Source: the human T2T-CHM13v2.0 reference genome, Homo sapiens
Assembly (NCBI RefSeq): GCF_009914755.1
Contig: NC_060946.1
DNA length: 64,000 bases
Strand: one strand, 5' to 3'
This document shows, piece by piece, positions 30,150-49,544 of the stretch. The position numbers and the translations under genes are program-made. The notes beneath the pieces were generated by a model. That model made no database searches. It was not told where the DNA came from and was given only the letters and a program-made list of their open reading frames with translations. Every line of letters starts with the position of its first letter. The first letter of the stretch is position 1.

Positions 30150-33100
30150 CCCTGCGATATGTGTAGTGACTTCATACTTCACCTCCCCGGATATTACGGC
30201 CAATATCAGAGTGGAGTATGCACCCCCTGCAATATGGGGAGTGATATCATCCTCTCCCCACTAGATGTTATGGACAATATCACAGGAGGTTTACTTTCTC
30301 TGGGTTATGGGGAAAAATATCCTCCTGTCCCCGCCTGGATGTTAGACATATTTAGAGGGAGTTGTCCACCCCCTGTGATATGGGGAGTAGTAATATCCTC
30401 TCCTGCCCTGGATGTTATGGACAATATATAGGGAGATGTACAATCCCTTCGATATGGGGAGTAATATCATCCTCTTCCCCCTAAATGTTACGAACAATAT
30501 CACAGGGGGGTGTACACCCCCTGCAATATCTGGAGTAGTATCATCCCCTCCTTCCCTAAATGTTACAGAGACTATCACAGGGGTGTGTACACCTTCTGAA
30601 ACATGGGAATAATATTCTCTTCCCCTCTGGATGTTATTATGGACAACATTACAGCCGTGTGCACCCTCTATGATATGCAGAGTAATATCATCCTCTCCCC
30701 CCCGGATGTAAGTGACAATACCACAAACGGGTTTACATCCCCTGTGATATGGGGAGTAATATCATCCTCTTTCCCACTGGATATTAACAATATCACTTGG
30801 GGATGTACAACCCCTGTGATATTCGGAATAATATCTTCTAATCCACTGAAAATTATAAACAATATCACCAGTATACACTCCCTGTGATATTGGAAGTAAT
30901 ATCATCCTCTAATCCCCTAAAAATTATGAACAGTATCACAGGGGAGTGTATACTTCCTACTATATTGGGAGTAATATCATCCTGTCGTCTTCTAAATATT
31001 ATGAACAATATTACAGGGGATGTAACACTCCCTGCGATATGTGGAGTAATATCATCCTCTCCTTCCCTAAATATTGTGAACAATATCACAGGAGGTTGTA
31101 CACAATCTGCGATATTGTTTGTAGTATCCAGTGGGAAAGAGCATGCTATTACTCCCCATATCACAGGGGGTGTACACCCCCACTGTGATATATTCAATAA
31201 CATCCAGAAGTAATATTACTGACAAAATTGCAGGGGGTGTAAACCCCACCTGTGATACCGTTCCTAATATCCCGGGGAAGAGAGGATGATATTATTCCCA
31301 ATATTGCAGGGGGTGTACACCCACCCTATGATATTGTTATTAATACCCAGGAGGGGAGACAATGGTATTACTCACAGTATCAAAGAGGTTGTACAGCCCC
31401 CCTGTGATAGTTTCTAATATCCAGGGGATGTATACCACCCTTGTGATATTGTTTCTAATATGTAGGGGGAAGGACAATGATATTACTGTCCGTATCACAG
31501 GGGGTGTACAACAAGCCCCCCGGGATATCATTCCTAATATCCATGGGAAGAAAGAATATTATAATATCACAGAAGTTGTAAACCCCCTCTGTGATATTGT
31601 TCCTAATATCAAAGACAGAAGGGTATGATGTTCTTCCCAAAATCACAGGAAGTGTATACACACCCTGTGCTATTTTTCCTAATATCGAGAGTGAGAGACA
31701 ATGATACTTCCAATATCGTAAGGAGTGTACACTCTCCCCGTGATACCAGGTGGGGAAATGTTGATATTACTCCAAATGTCACAGTGGGTGTACACACGTT
31801 TTGCGATATTGTTCCTAATATCAAGTGGGGAGGAGGATTGTATTACTCCCACCATATTACTCCCCACACCCCATTATACTGTTCTTAATATCCAGATTTG
31901 GAGAGGATGATATTACTCCCAAAATCTCAGGAGGTGTAGACCCCTTCTGTGATACTGTTTCTTATATCCAGGGGAAGACTAGATGATAGTACTCCCAACA
32001 GTGCAGGGTGTTACACGCCACCCCCCATGATATTGTCTCTAATATCAAGTTGGGGAGAGGGTGATATTGCTCCAAATAGTGTAAAGGGTGCACACCAGCA
32101 CTGTGATATTATTCCTAGTATCCAGAGAAGGAGAGAATGGTATTATTTTTAATATCACAGAGGGTGCACACCCCCCTTGTGATACTGCTCCTAACATCCA
32201 AGGGGTAGAGGATGAAATTACTCCCAATATCACAGTGGGTATACAACCCCCGTGGTATTGTTCCTAATATCCAGGGGGTATAGGACGATAGTACTATAAA
32301 TATCGCAAGGGGTGTACACCCCTTCTGTTATTGTTACTAATATCCGTGGGGGGAGTCGATGATATTACTTCCAATATCACAGGGCATGTACACCCCACTT
32401 GTGATATTGTTCCTAATATCCTGGGAGGAGACTACGATATTACTGGCAATATCGCAGGGTGTGTGCATTACCGTGATATTGTTCCTAATGTCCAGCAAGG
32501 GAGAAAATATTACTCCCAATATGGCGGGGATGTACACTTCCCATGCGATATCGTTCCTAATATCCATGGGGGAAAAGGATGATATTACTCTAAATGGCGC
32601 AGGAGGTGTAAACCGCCCCTGTGATATTGTTCTCAATATCCATAGGGGGAGAGAATGATATTACTCCCAATATCACAGGTGGTGTACACCCCTCCTTTTA
32701 TATTATTCCTAATATCCAGGTTGGGAGAGAATAATATTACAGGTAAAATAGCAGGGGGTGTACACTCTGCCTGTGATATTGTTCCTAATATCCCAGGGAA
32801 GAGTGGACAATATTACTCTCAATATCGCAGGATGTGTACACCCCCTTTGTGATATTGTTCCTAATATCCATAGGCGGAGAGGGTGATACCACTCCCAATA
32901 GTGCAGAAAAGGTACAGCCCCGCTGTGATATCATTCCTAATATCCAGAGGGGACAGGATGATATTACTCCCAATATCAGAGAGGGCATACACCCCCTCCC
33001 CATGATATTGTTCATAATACCCAGGGGGTAGAGGATGATATTACTCCCAATATCGCAGTGGGTGTACACCCACCCTGTGATATTGTTCCCAATATCCATG

Positions 33101-33995
33101 TGGAAAGGGTATAAAGTTACTCCCAATATCACAGGGGTTGTACAACCCCCTTGTGATATTGTTCCTTATATTCGGGGGAGAGACAATGATATAGCTGTCC
33201 ATATTGCAGATGGTGTACCACCCCCTGGGAATTTGTTCCTAATATTCAGTGGGAAAGATGATATTAATTAAAATGTCACGGGGGGTATACAACCCCTTTG
33301 TGATATTATTCCTAATATCCAGGGAAAGAAAGAATATTATTCCCAATATCGCAGGGGATGTACACCCCTCTCTGATACTCTTTCTAATATCCCTTTGGGG
33401 AGTCTATAATATTACTGGCAATATCATAAGGAGTGTATACCCCCCGTTATATTGTTCCTTATGTCCAGCAAGGGAGAAAATATTAATCCCAATATGGAAC
33501 AGGGTGTACACACCCATGAGGTATTGTTCCTAATATCCAGGGAGGGAAAGGATGATATTACTCCCAATGTTGCAGTGGTGTATAACCCCCCGTGATATTG
33601 TTCCTAATATCTAGGTGAGGAAAGTACAGTATTACTCCCAATATAGCAGGGGTTGTACACCACCTTTGTGATATTGTTCTACATATCCATGGGGAAAGAA
33701 AATGATAGTACTCCACAATATCACAGGTGGTGTACAACCCCTTGTGATACTGTTTCTAATATCCATGTTGGGGGAGGATATTACTCCCAATATTGCACGT
33801 GTTGCACAGACCCCCTTTGATATTGCTTGTACTATGCAGGGTGTGGGGGGAGAGGATGATATTGGGAGTAATATCACCCTCTCTCCCCGGATAGTAAAAG
33901 CAATATTCAGGGTGGTCGACACTTCCTGCACTATTGAGTATAATATCCTCTCCCAACCTGGATATTAGGAACAATATCACAGGGGCATGTACACT
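30150..33995. repeat. SATR1/SATR2-type satellite, block 2 (strand switches at ~31100 and ~33860)
   Basis: Same ~70-75 bp unit, roughly 50 diverged copies. Confidence 0.8.
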
Positions 33996-36018
33996 CCCTT
34001 CCTTTCACCATATACAAAAATCAACTCAAGATGGATGAAGGACTTATGTAAGACCCAAAACTATATAAACCCTAGAAGAAAACTTAGGAAATATCATTCT
34101 GGACATAGACGCAGGCAAATATTTCATGATGAAGATTCCAAAGCAATTGCAACAAGAAGAATTGACGAGTGAGACCTAACGAAACTAAAGAGCTTCAGCA
34201 CAGCAAAAGAAACTATCAACAGAGAACACCCTACAGAACAGAAGAAAATATTTTCAAATTACATATCTGAAAAAGGTCTAATACTTAGCATGTATAAAGA
34301 ATCAATAAGCAAAAAACAAACCCACTACAAATAGGCAAAGAACATGAGCCCCCACATTCACCATCCTCAAGTCCATGTGCAACTTCTTTCTGGATGCTGG
34401 ACAAGGACTTGGGTACCAAGAGGGCACTGAACGGGTTAACACTTAAGCCGTCTGTGGATTCTATTTTCAAAAGACAACGTATGTATGGCAAACAACCATA
34501 TGAAAAAATACTCAACATCACTAATCATCAGAAAATCAGAACCATGAGATACCATATCACACCGGCCAGAATGGCTATTATTAAAAAATCAAAATATAAC
34601 AGACGGTGCCGAGTTTGTGGAAAAAAGGGAATGCTTATACACTGCTGGTGGTGATATAGAAAGGAGACAGAGAAATACTGGGTAGAAGAGAGTGGTTCCC
34701 TGGCAAAGCCCTGCCCACAAGCCTGGAAACCCATGGCCCTAAATGGGAACAGGCATTCCTGCTTTTGCACCCAAAAGTTGTCTTTCAGCTCACCATGCAA
34801 CCCCTGTCCTGTACCCATATATGCCCCAGACCCCAGGCTCCAGAAGCAGACAAGCAGATGAGGAGATGAACAGAAGAGCAGAATTGCAGAATGATGTGGC
34901 AGAAAGAAGAGAAGGAGCATCTGAATGCCAAGAGGAGTTTGGCTGGCAGTGGTTGGAGAGATCAGCCTCTGGATGGCAAAGCTCCCAGGGAAGATCATCT
35001 TCCCATTCCATCCCCTTTCCAGCTCCCCATCCATCCCATTGACTGCCACCTCCACCACTCAATAAAACCCCCACATTCACCATCCTCAAGTCTGTGTGCA
35101 ACTTAATTCTTTCTGGATGCTGGACAAGGAACTGGGTACCAAGAGGGCACTGAACAGGTTAACACTTAAACCGTCTGTGGATGGCAAAGCTAAAAGAGTG
35201 CACTGTAACACATGCCCACTTGGGCTGTGGGAGTCGCAGGAACCCACCCCTAAGACAGTACCATGGCCACTTGCCCTGCCTATTGCAACTGCCTGTCTGC
35301 ATGCTCCCCTGCCCAGTAAGGGGTTTGACAGCAAACACGGTGGCCAGACAAGCCACACCCCTGTTGCACATCCTGCCAAGGGGAGTCAGGGAACTCTCCA
35401 GTTTCATCAGGAATGTAAATTTGTTCAGCCATTGTGGAAAGCAGTTTGGAGATTTCTGAAATAACTTAAAACAGAACTACCATTCAACCCAGCAATCCCA
35501 TTATTGGGTATACACCCAAAGGAATATAAATCATTCTGTCATAGACATATGCACGCATATTTTCATTATAACACTATTCACAATAGCAAAGACACGGAAT
35601 CAACTTAGATGCCTGTTAACAGAAGACTGGATTAAAAAAATGCAGCGTACATACACCATGGAATACTACACACCTATAAAATAGGATGAAATGATGTCTT
35701 TTGCAGCAACATGAATGGAGCTGGAGACCATTATTCTAAGTGAATTAATGCAGGAACAGAAAACCAAACAAACACTGCATGTTCTCACTTATAAGTGGGG
35801 GCTAAACATTGAGTCCACATGGACACAGAGAAAGGAACAATAGACACAAGGTCTACTGTGGGTGGAGGGTGGGGGGGAGAGTGAGGATCAAAAAACTCCC
35901 TATTAGATACTACGTTCACTACCTGGATGACTACCTAATCTGTACACCAAATCCCATTGACACACATTTTACCCATATAATAAACCTGCACATGTACCCG
36001 CTGAACCTAAAATAAATG
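33996..36018 (+). mobile_element. L1 (old L1PA15/16-like) ORF2 3' end and 3'UTR, interrupted by an LTR
   Basis: [47 protein letters not shown]; 3' end AACCTGCACATGTACCCGCTGAACCTAAAATAAA. Confidence 0.88.
34652..35406 (+). mobile_element. Solo ERV1 LTR (MER50-like)
   Basis: TG...TTTCA ends; GAAATACTGGGTAGAAGAG, CCCTAAATGGGAACAGGCATTCCTG; AATAAA at 35061; splits the L1 motif CTGGTGG/GAATGTAAA. Confidence 0.8.
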
Positions 36019-37861
36019 TTGGAAGGAAATAAAGTTACAACCAACTCTTGTACTATTGTGAGGAAACAATCATATGAGTTGACAAAAAATCAGCTACTAA
36101 TAGATTTATAATAGTATATATGTAGCAGAAAAATATCAGATATAACTTATATACCCAAAAGTATGACTTAAAAACAGCATGACAATCTTTATGATGGGAT
36201 ATTGTGCAACTACTAGAAGCACATTTTCAGAGATTATTTATTAACATATGATAATGACTACATTGAGTGGTTTTTAGAAGCATGAATTGAAACCATGTAT
36301 AAGCATGAATTTATTGAACTTATATATAACATTACACACACATTTACATAATTATAAAATAAGTATGCTCATGTTCATAATATGTATTTATTTATATTCA
36401 TATGTAAGGCCAATAAGAAGTAATCTCTGTATCTGAGTTATTATTTCATAAATAATTTATGCTTGTTCTGTGAAAATACAAACACTGCTATGGATCTTCC
36501 AAGTATCCTGAAAGGATACCGTTTATAATTAAACAATAACAATTTTAGAAATAATTATTTTAAATAAGGCTATGATAAATCTGGTTTCATTGCACACTTT
36601 AACTTTGGAACATTTCATGAAGCGTCCCTTGATCACGACTCTCATATTCAGGAGTTTTTTGAGATCAAAATGGGACAATCAGTATGAATCTATTTTTTAG
36701 ACATGCAAATGGATAACTTTAAATAGCAGTAGCGATATAATCAGAGTGCACAGTTGCTCTGGGACAAAACTTGGAAATGAGCATATTTTTAGATTCTTAA
36801 TGTTTTACACACTTTAGCATTCCACAGCACCATTACATACTCATTTTTCTACTAGAATACCTTGGTAAAAATTCACAGTAGAGATCAGGCTTGTCCTTCA
36901 TACATTAACTAATCAAGTAGGAAACTGCAAATGAGAACACAGTGCCAAACATAGGCACCACATGGAAACAAGCATGGAACTGCCAGGAAGCCATTTTTGT
37001 AGCTTTGTAGCCCAATTATATTTTTCCTAATGTATTGCACACAAAACTTGGGGGAAAAAAAAGAGGCAGAGAGAAAACAGGTTATATCAGCCCTATCTCA
37101 CAATCCACAAGTTCATCCTATTAGAGGAGTAACTATGTAAAACAAATTTTATCTGTTGAATGTCCTATTTAGTTAATCGCAAAACTGTATGAGAACACAC
37201 TTGTGACTTATTTAGCAGCTTGTTTTTTCGCTTTCCACTGGCTTCACAAATGTCCTTTGGAAATAGAATGTGCATTTGGAACCTTGTACACCTTTTCTTT
37301 CTCCAGTACCCTGTTGTCACTTCCATCACTAAGGTGACAGAAGCAACTAGGGGCAATGCATTTGTAGCACCCCTGGGTCAGAGGTATCCTCCAGGGGAAG
37401 GATCAGACCAGCTTGAAAGCATGTCGTTGGAATTGGGAGGCTTCTAGTAGCTATAACATAAGCACTGATGTTTACTGTTCCCTGCCCTCCACTTTGATCA
37501 CTCTGGGAAACGTTTTTTTTTTTTAAAATCAATTGTATTGAAACATAATTTACATAAAATAAATACTATTTTAAAGTGCACAGTTTGCTGAGTTTTGCCA
37601 GATGTAACCATCCAGGTGAATAAAATTGATTAAACTGATCTTTCAAATAATAAATTAACTTTGCAATCTTGCTAGAAATTTAATTTGTTCACAGTTTATT
37701 ATCCATTCTATGTACTGCTACATTCAATTGGTTATTATGTTTTAAGGACTTTTGAGTCTATGTTTATGAGGGATAAACATCAAAGTTGTATAATGCCTTT
37801 GTCTCGATTTGGAATCGGCAATACTGGGTTCATAAAATAAGACAGGAAGTGTCCCTTTAAA

Positions 37862-38176
<315 letters not shown>

Positions 38177-38220
38177 TTAAATTCTATTTCTTAAAAAGAG
38201 TCCGTTCAAGATTGATATTA

Positions 38221-38566
38221 TAGATACTCCTCAACTTACAATTGTCTTATGTCTTAATGAACTCATCCTAAATTGAAAATATTGTAAGTCTAAAACGCAT
38301 TTAATATATTTAACCTACTGAATATCATGACTTAGCCTCACCTACCTTAAACTTGCTCAGAACACTTACATTATCCTACAATTGGGCAAAATCATCTACC
38401 ACAAGGCCCATTTTAAAATATTCAGTATCTCATGAAATTTATTGAAAACTATACTGATAGTGAAAAACTGGTCATATTGATGCTCATCATTAATGTACAC
38501 AGATGAAAGCACCATTATCAAGTCAGAAGAGCACAAGTCAAACCACTGTAAGTTGAGGATTCTCTG
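38221..38566 (+). mobile_element. MER47A-like Tigger DNA transposon
   Basis: TIR-like AGATACTCCTCAACTTAC ... GTAAGTTGAGGATTCTCTG; internal GCTCAGAACACTTACATTA. Confidence 0.8.
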
Positions 38567-39833
38567 TACTTTCTTAAATGTTTGATAGAATTCACCTAAG
38601 AAAGCATGTAGCCTATAATTATAGAAATATTTTTAAATTAAAAAAATTCTTCAATACATAGAGAAGCTATTACTTTTTCTATTTCATTTTGCATCCGTTT
38701 TAGGAATTAGTTTTACAAATAATTTCCCATGTTATTTTAATTGTCAAATGTATTGGCCTAAAGTTTTCATAATTATATTGATGTCTGTAGGTTCTGTAGT
38801 TACATCCTCTATTTAATTCCCATTATCTACATTATGTAGCTTCTCTAATTTTTTTCGAGATAAATCTTGCTAGCCGTTGTTTATTAAAAAAATTTTTTTC
38901 AAAGAACCAATTTGTGGGTATATTAATTAGCTCCACCTTTTGTTATTTGCTATGTTGTTGGTTTACATTTTTATCTTTATCATCTTCCTTCTTCTTAATT
39001 TGGATATACTTTGCTCATTTTTTAGCCTCTTAAAAAAGAACCTAAAGGTCATTGATTGAAGCCTTTTATTTTCAATATATTACATCTATAAATGTACCTT
39101 TAAGAAACGATTTATCTGCATCCCACATTTTATTAAGTTTTTAAAAAATTTTCTTTCAGTTTAAACTATTTTTTTGTGCGTGAAACTTTTCTTGGACAAT
39201 GGGTTTTTCTGAAGTATTTTGTTTAATGTCCAAATGTTGGGGTGTTATTGTACATATCCTACTGTTGTCCATCTCTGGTTCATGATACAATGCATGTTCT
39301 CCATTGCACTTAGATAACATGCCTCCATGTCTCTGGAGAATTCCTCAGTCTTTCTAAAATGCTTTTGATGAATACTGGCAGTTATTTTGTAGAATGTCCC
39401 TCCTCAATTTCAGTTAGTCTGATGTTTTCTCACGGTTAGGACTAAAGTTATACATTTTGTCTAAGAATACCATAGAATTGATGTTTTGTCCTACTCAGTG
39501 CATCATATAAGAAGTTACATGAAGTTCATTTATCTTATTATTAGTAATGTTAACTTTGATCACTTGGGTAAGTTGACATCTCCACTTTGAAGTTACTATT
39601 CTATAATTATCTTGTGGGAAGATACTTTCATATTATGCAAATATGTTCTTTCCCAACATATATTCACCACTAATCTTAGCATCCCTCCAAGGTTCTTTCT
39701 TGCAACAATTATTACTATGATATTTGCAAAGTGATGATTCTTATATTGTATGTCTCCTACATTTAATGAAATCTTACTGTAATAAAATACTACCCATTCT
39801 CAATCTTTGGTTTATTATTTATGTCAATATGGA

Positions 39834-40130
39834 TTTTTTTTTTTTGAGTTGGAGTCTTGTTTTGTCATCCAGGCTGGTGTGCAATGGTGCGATTTCCACT
39901 CACTGCACTTCCACCTTCCGGGATTCAAGCCATTCTCCTGCCTCAGTCTCTGGAGTAGCTGGGACTACAGGCATGTGCCACCATGCCCGGCTAATTTTTG
40001 TATTTTTAGTAGAGGCAGGGATTCACCACATTGGTCAGGCTGGTCTCGAACTCCTGACCTCAAGTGACCTGCCCGCCTCTGCCTCTCAAAGTGCTGGGAA
40101 TACAGGCATGAGCAACCGCACCCGGCCTGG
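39834..40130 (-). mobile_element. Alu (AluS-like)
   Basis: Reverse Alu consensus. Confidence 0.9.
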
Positions 40131-41451
40131 ATTAATTGAAAATTTTCTTCTGTAGATTGTAATATATTACTATTGTTATCTATTTTATTGCCCCAATTTT
40201 CTCAAATTTGGCTATGGAAGTTTATTCAAAGTGGATCTGTTTCCCTTTCACATTTTCCCCATTTTGTGAGCATTTCCTTACTGCCTAACATGACAAAATA
40301 TTTCAAACTAATCTTGTATTTTCCCTGCCCAATCCTGATATCAAATATGTCCCCAAGGAGCCTTGGTTCCTTTAATTGGAGAATGGTGTTCTCATTGTTA
40401 CTGGGATGATGTTGTTTCTAGGCCCTTTTGTTAGAGGAGCTAGAAAATATATGTATGTATACTCACACATTTATACACATCTGTACTTATTTATACAATT
40501 ATCCATCTGTACGTATACTAAAAACAATGATTTCATGAAGCTTTTGATCCCAATCCAACACTAGATAAAGACTATATAGGCCCATTTATTTGCAAATCAG
40601 CACATAAACATAGAAGAATTATTAACAATATAAGCTGTAGCTTATGCTAAATGTTGGTTGGAACAGACAATAAGTTATGGAGAACTTCAGAGGACACTAA
40701 GGTTGGATGGGATCTTGGAAGTTTTACAGGTCAATGCCACTCCAGCTATTGGCTGAGTTTCACTAGGTTAATACATGAACAACAACAAAAATAACCTAGA
40801 TCAGAAGTTGAAGATCATTTTATTGACTATCTGCCGTGTCTGTGCCATTGCAGTGTACTAGGTGCACTTACGAGTCCTCTACTTACAAACTGCTTTTCAC
40901 AAAATATGAAACTCCAGGCAAAGGTTCAGACATACGACGTTTGTTTTTAAAATCTTTCTACAGCCTTGTATCCTTTTTCCTTTCCTTCCTTTTACCCTTT
41001 TTAAAATGTGTTATGAGTTTTATCTTAGACTAACATCATCTGTAATGTTGATATACGCCAGTATTCAGTTGCTGTGTTTGATGAATCATAAAATGGTGTA
41101 AAACTTCAATTAGTGTACTTTTTAAATAAAGTATCTATGAATGCATCCAGCAAAATGTTTATGATTTGAGTATTCACAAAATATTACTTTTCTCTGGATC
41201 TAACAATAATGTGAAAACCCAAAATGAATATAAAATATTAGCTAATAATAGATTTCAAAGTATTCTACAAGTATGAAAAATATATGATATTGTTACTTTC
41301 ATATATGTAAAACATTAATCATTTTTGTCAACATAAACATCATCTTTACACCTAAACTTGTATTAATTCAATTAAGAGTTAATATAGTATCCTAAAGTCA
41401 TCAAATATTCAAAAATAGGATGTATTCTGACTTGGAATATACATAAAATTA

Positions 41452-41835
<384 letters not shown>

Positions 41836-42426
41836 CTAATAATCCTGAGTTTGGTTTTCCTGGTTTTATTTTTTCATTTAGTTTTGTTCACTTTGACCAG
41901 TGGGCTGGTGGTTCTTAGGTGCACCAAGGTTTTCATTTTTCAGTTCAAGATTTTAAAACCTTAATGTGGTAATTTCTCTAATTTTTTTGACAGTTACGTC
42001 CCAGGTTGCAAGTTAAAATAAAATTCCCATTTTACTAAAGTCCTTGGTTTATTAATGATTTTATAATGACTTAATATATAATTTAATGAGTAATGAGGGG
42101 TACTACATTTCAGAAATCAACACTGAAGAACTTATTCATGGAACCAAACACCACCTGTTTCTCAAACATCTATTAAAATAAAAATACATATAAATAATTT
42201 TTCAAAATAAACACTAAAAATAAAGTGAAAATGAAAAAATATATATCCAGGTTAAAAAAAAAACTACTTCAATTAAACAATAAATACTTTTTGGGGGGAC
42301 TCAACTCTACTACAAAATTATTCATTGTTTATTATAATCAATAATACAGGTAAAAGAATAAGTTTTTAAAAATGGAAAAATTGTAAAAAATAAAACGATA
42401 TTAACAAATATTGGTATACTGGTGAA

Positions 42427-42980
42427 GGCCGGGCTCAGTGGCTGCTTTCCAAAGTGGTTACACCAGTCGAGCATGGTGGCACACACCTGTAATCTCAGCA
42501 CTTCCGGAAGCTGAAGCAGGCAGATCACTTGAGCTCAGGAGTTTGACACAAACCTGGGCTACATGACAAAGCCCCATTTCTACCAAAAACTGTAAAAATC
42601 AGTTGCACATGATAGCATGCACCTGTAAGTCCCAGCTACTTAGGAGGCTGAGGTGAGAGGATCACTTGTGCCTGGAAGGTCACAGCTGCACTGGCCATGT
42701 CCATGTCACTGCACTCCAGCCTGGGCAACAGAGCAAGATTTTGTCTCAAAAAAAAAAAGTTGGTGACAATTGGAATAATTGGAACTCACATACATTACTG
42801 GTGGGAACATAAAATGGTGTAATCAATTTGGGTGTTTTCTTGGCATTTGATTTTTTTAAAAAATCAAGACATTGTTTCCCTATGTTGCCCAGGGTTGTCC
42901 TGAACTCCCGAGCTAAGAAAATCCTCCAAACTCAGCGTCTCAAATACCTGAGATTAAAGGTGTGAGCCACTGTGCCTGAC
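42427..42980. mobile_element. Alu (+, 42427-42758) and Alu monomer (-, ~42850-42980)
   Basis: Alu consensus segments in inverted orientation. Confidence 0.8.
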
Positions 42981-43539
42981 CAGTGTAACCACTTTGAAAA
43001 ACAACGTGGCAGTTTCTCAAAGACTAAATGTATAGTAATCACATAATGCAACAATTTCACTCCTGAGTGTAAATCCAAGAGAAATAAAAATATATGTTCA
43101 CACTAAAACTTACGTACGAGTGTTCATAGCAGCCTGACTCATGATGGTGAATACGCAAAAACAACACAAATGTCCATCAACTAATGAATGGATAGACATA
43201 AACTATTACTCAGCTACAAAAGGAAAGAAATCCGGATACACACTATAACATGAAAGATATTTGAAAACATTCTGCTAAGAGAAAAAAAAGCAAAGTACAA
43301 AAGATCACACATTGTACAATTCTATTTCTATAAAAGGTCCAGATTAGGCAAAACTACAATGACAGAAAATAAATCAGTGGTTGCCTATGAACATGGGGTA
43401 TGTAGGAGGTAGCGGCTAAGAGGTGAGGGTTTCTCACTCATAAGTGGGTAACTCATAAGTGGGTAATCACTTCTAAGAAAGACTGTGGTGATGGATGCAC
43501 AGCTCCTTGAATATTCTAAAAACCACTCAATTGTATACT

Positions 43540-43540
<1 letters not shown>
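42981..43540 (+). mobile_element. Old L1M 3' region
   Basis: AAATGTCCATCAACTAATGAATGGATA; CCAGATTAGGCAAAACTAC. Confidence 0.65.
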
Positions 43541-46045
<2,505 letters not shown>

Positions 46046-46144
46046 ACTTAAGATTTCTGTAATCTAGCATCCCATACATCATATAATTGGGAAAAGCAGT
46101 AGTGTTTTTTTTTTAAATTACTTAGTATTTCAACAAGAATCAAC

Positions 46145-46660
46145 CATCTCTCACCATTGCCAGGGCCCTGGTCAGAACCACTATCATCTCCCACCTGGAG
46201 GTTGCCACAGCATGGCCTCCCTGCTTCTACCCAAATCTTCCCACAATCTTTCTCAACTCAGCTGCCATGGGATGCTTTTAAATCAGTAGACAGTTCGTGT
46301 CACCTCTCTGCTCAGAACCCTTCCGCATCTCCCATCTCAGACAGAATAAAAACCAAAGCCCCAGCAATAGCCTCCCAGGGCTTACACAATCTGTACTGAT
46401 CTGAGTCCAACAACTCCCTGGCCTCCTTCCCTACTTCTCTCCCTCTCTCTACTCCACAGACCTCTTTCCTGAGCTTCAGACACACCACGGAGTTCCCTCT
46501 TAGCATCTTTATTCTGTTGTTTCTGCCTACAATGCTCTTCCCTCAGTACTTTGGCCAGCTCCTTCCCCTCCTTCAAGTCTTTGCTCAATTTTCACTTAGG
46601 AGGCCAACCCTGACCACTCTGTTTAATATTGCTATCTGTCCCTATTCCTGCCATGCTCAC
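46145..46660 (+). mobile_element. L2 fragment
   Basis: CACTATCATCTCCCACCTGGA, CCTCTCTGCTCAGAACCCTTCC, CAGAATAAAAACCAAAGCC are L2-typical. Confidence 0.65.
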
Positions 46661-46664
46661 TCAT

Positions 46665-46962
46665 TTCTTTTTTCGTTTTTTTTCTAAGATATAATCTCGC
46701 TGTGTCACTCAGACTGGGGTGCCATGGCACGATCACAACGCACTGAGAGCTGGAGCTCTTAGATCAAGAAATTGTCCTGCCTCAGGGCCTCTAGTAGCTA
46801 AGACTACAAGTGCATGCCACCACACCAGCTATTTTTTTTTTCCATGTAGACAGGGTATCATTTTGTTGCCCAGACTTATCGTGAATTCCTGGGCCAAAGC
46901 AACCATCCTGCCTCAGCCTCCTAAATAGCTGGAATTATAGGTGTGGGCCACCAATTCTGGCT
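46665..46962 (-). mobile_element. Alu (AluJ-like)
   Basis: Diverged reverse Alu. Confidence 0.8.
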
Positions 46963-46974
46963 TCATGTTCATTT

Positions 46975-47328
46975 CTTCTTGCCGCTGTTACAAACTACCC
47001 TACATTGAGTGGCTTAATACACCACAAATCTACTAACTAAGAGGTCTGGGGGCCAGAAGTCCAAAATAGGTCTATTAAGGCTAAAGTCAAGGTGCCAGCA
47101 GGACTGCATCCCTTCTGGAGGTTCTGGAGAGAATATGTTCCCTTGCCTTTCCCAGTTGCTAAAGCCACTCCTATTCTTTGGCTCATGGCCCCTAACTGCA
47201 TCTTCAAAGCCAGAAGCAAAGCATATTCGAATCTCCCTCTGTGACCTGTGCTTCCATCATCAAATCTCCTTCAATTCAGACTCTCTTACCTCCCTCTTTC
47301 ACTTATAAAGACCTCTTGTGATTGCTGG
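46975..47328 (-). mobile_element. MLT1 (MaLR) LTR fragment
   Basis: GTGGCTTAA..CAAAT, CTGGGGGCCAGAAGTCCAAAAT, TCAAGGTGCCAGCAGG, CTTGGCTCATGGCCCC. Confidence 0.75.
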
Positions 47329-47329
47329 A

Positions 47330-47775
<446 letters not shown>

Positions 47776-47779
47776 AATA

Positions 47780-49290
<1,511 letters not shown>

Positions 49291-49426
49291 CCGTAACTAC
49301 TATTCATGAAAAAGATCTACTCATTAGAACTAAAAATCACAAAATTGTAAGTTCTACAAAAACAAATCAACCTTATCTACCACCCAGTCCTACCGAACTA
49401 CAGAATGTGAGAACAGAAGGTCTGAC

Positions 49427-49544
49427 CATGGAGTCGAGAGCTGACAGGAATGTCACCACCATCCTGCTCTCCAAGGACTCCTCATCTTCAACAGGCTCCT
49501 CATCTTCAATGGGCAGGGTGGAAACTGCAACTTGTGCCATGATC
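49427..49544 (-). pseudogene. GTF2I: GTF2I/GTF2IRD2 first coding exon copy 1 (GTF2IP-type fragment)
   Basis: [38 protein letters not shown] versus GTF2I [35 protein letters not shown]/GT bounded. Confidence 0.88.

Noticed and set aside
40886-40960. Possible minus-strand exon ending in a GTAAGT donor
   Set aside because: No recognisable protein similarity and a weak acceptor; unsupported without transcript data.
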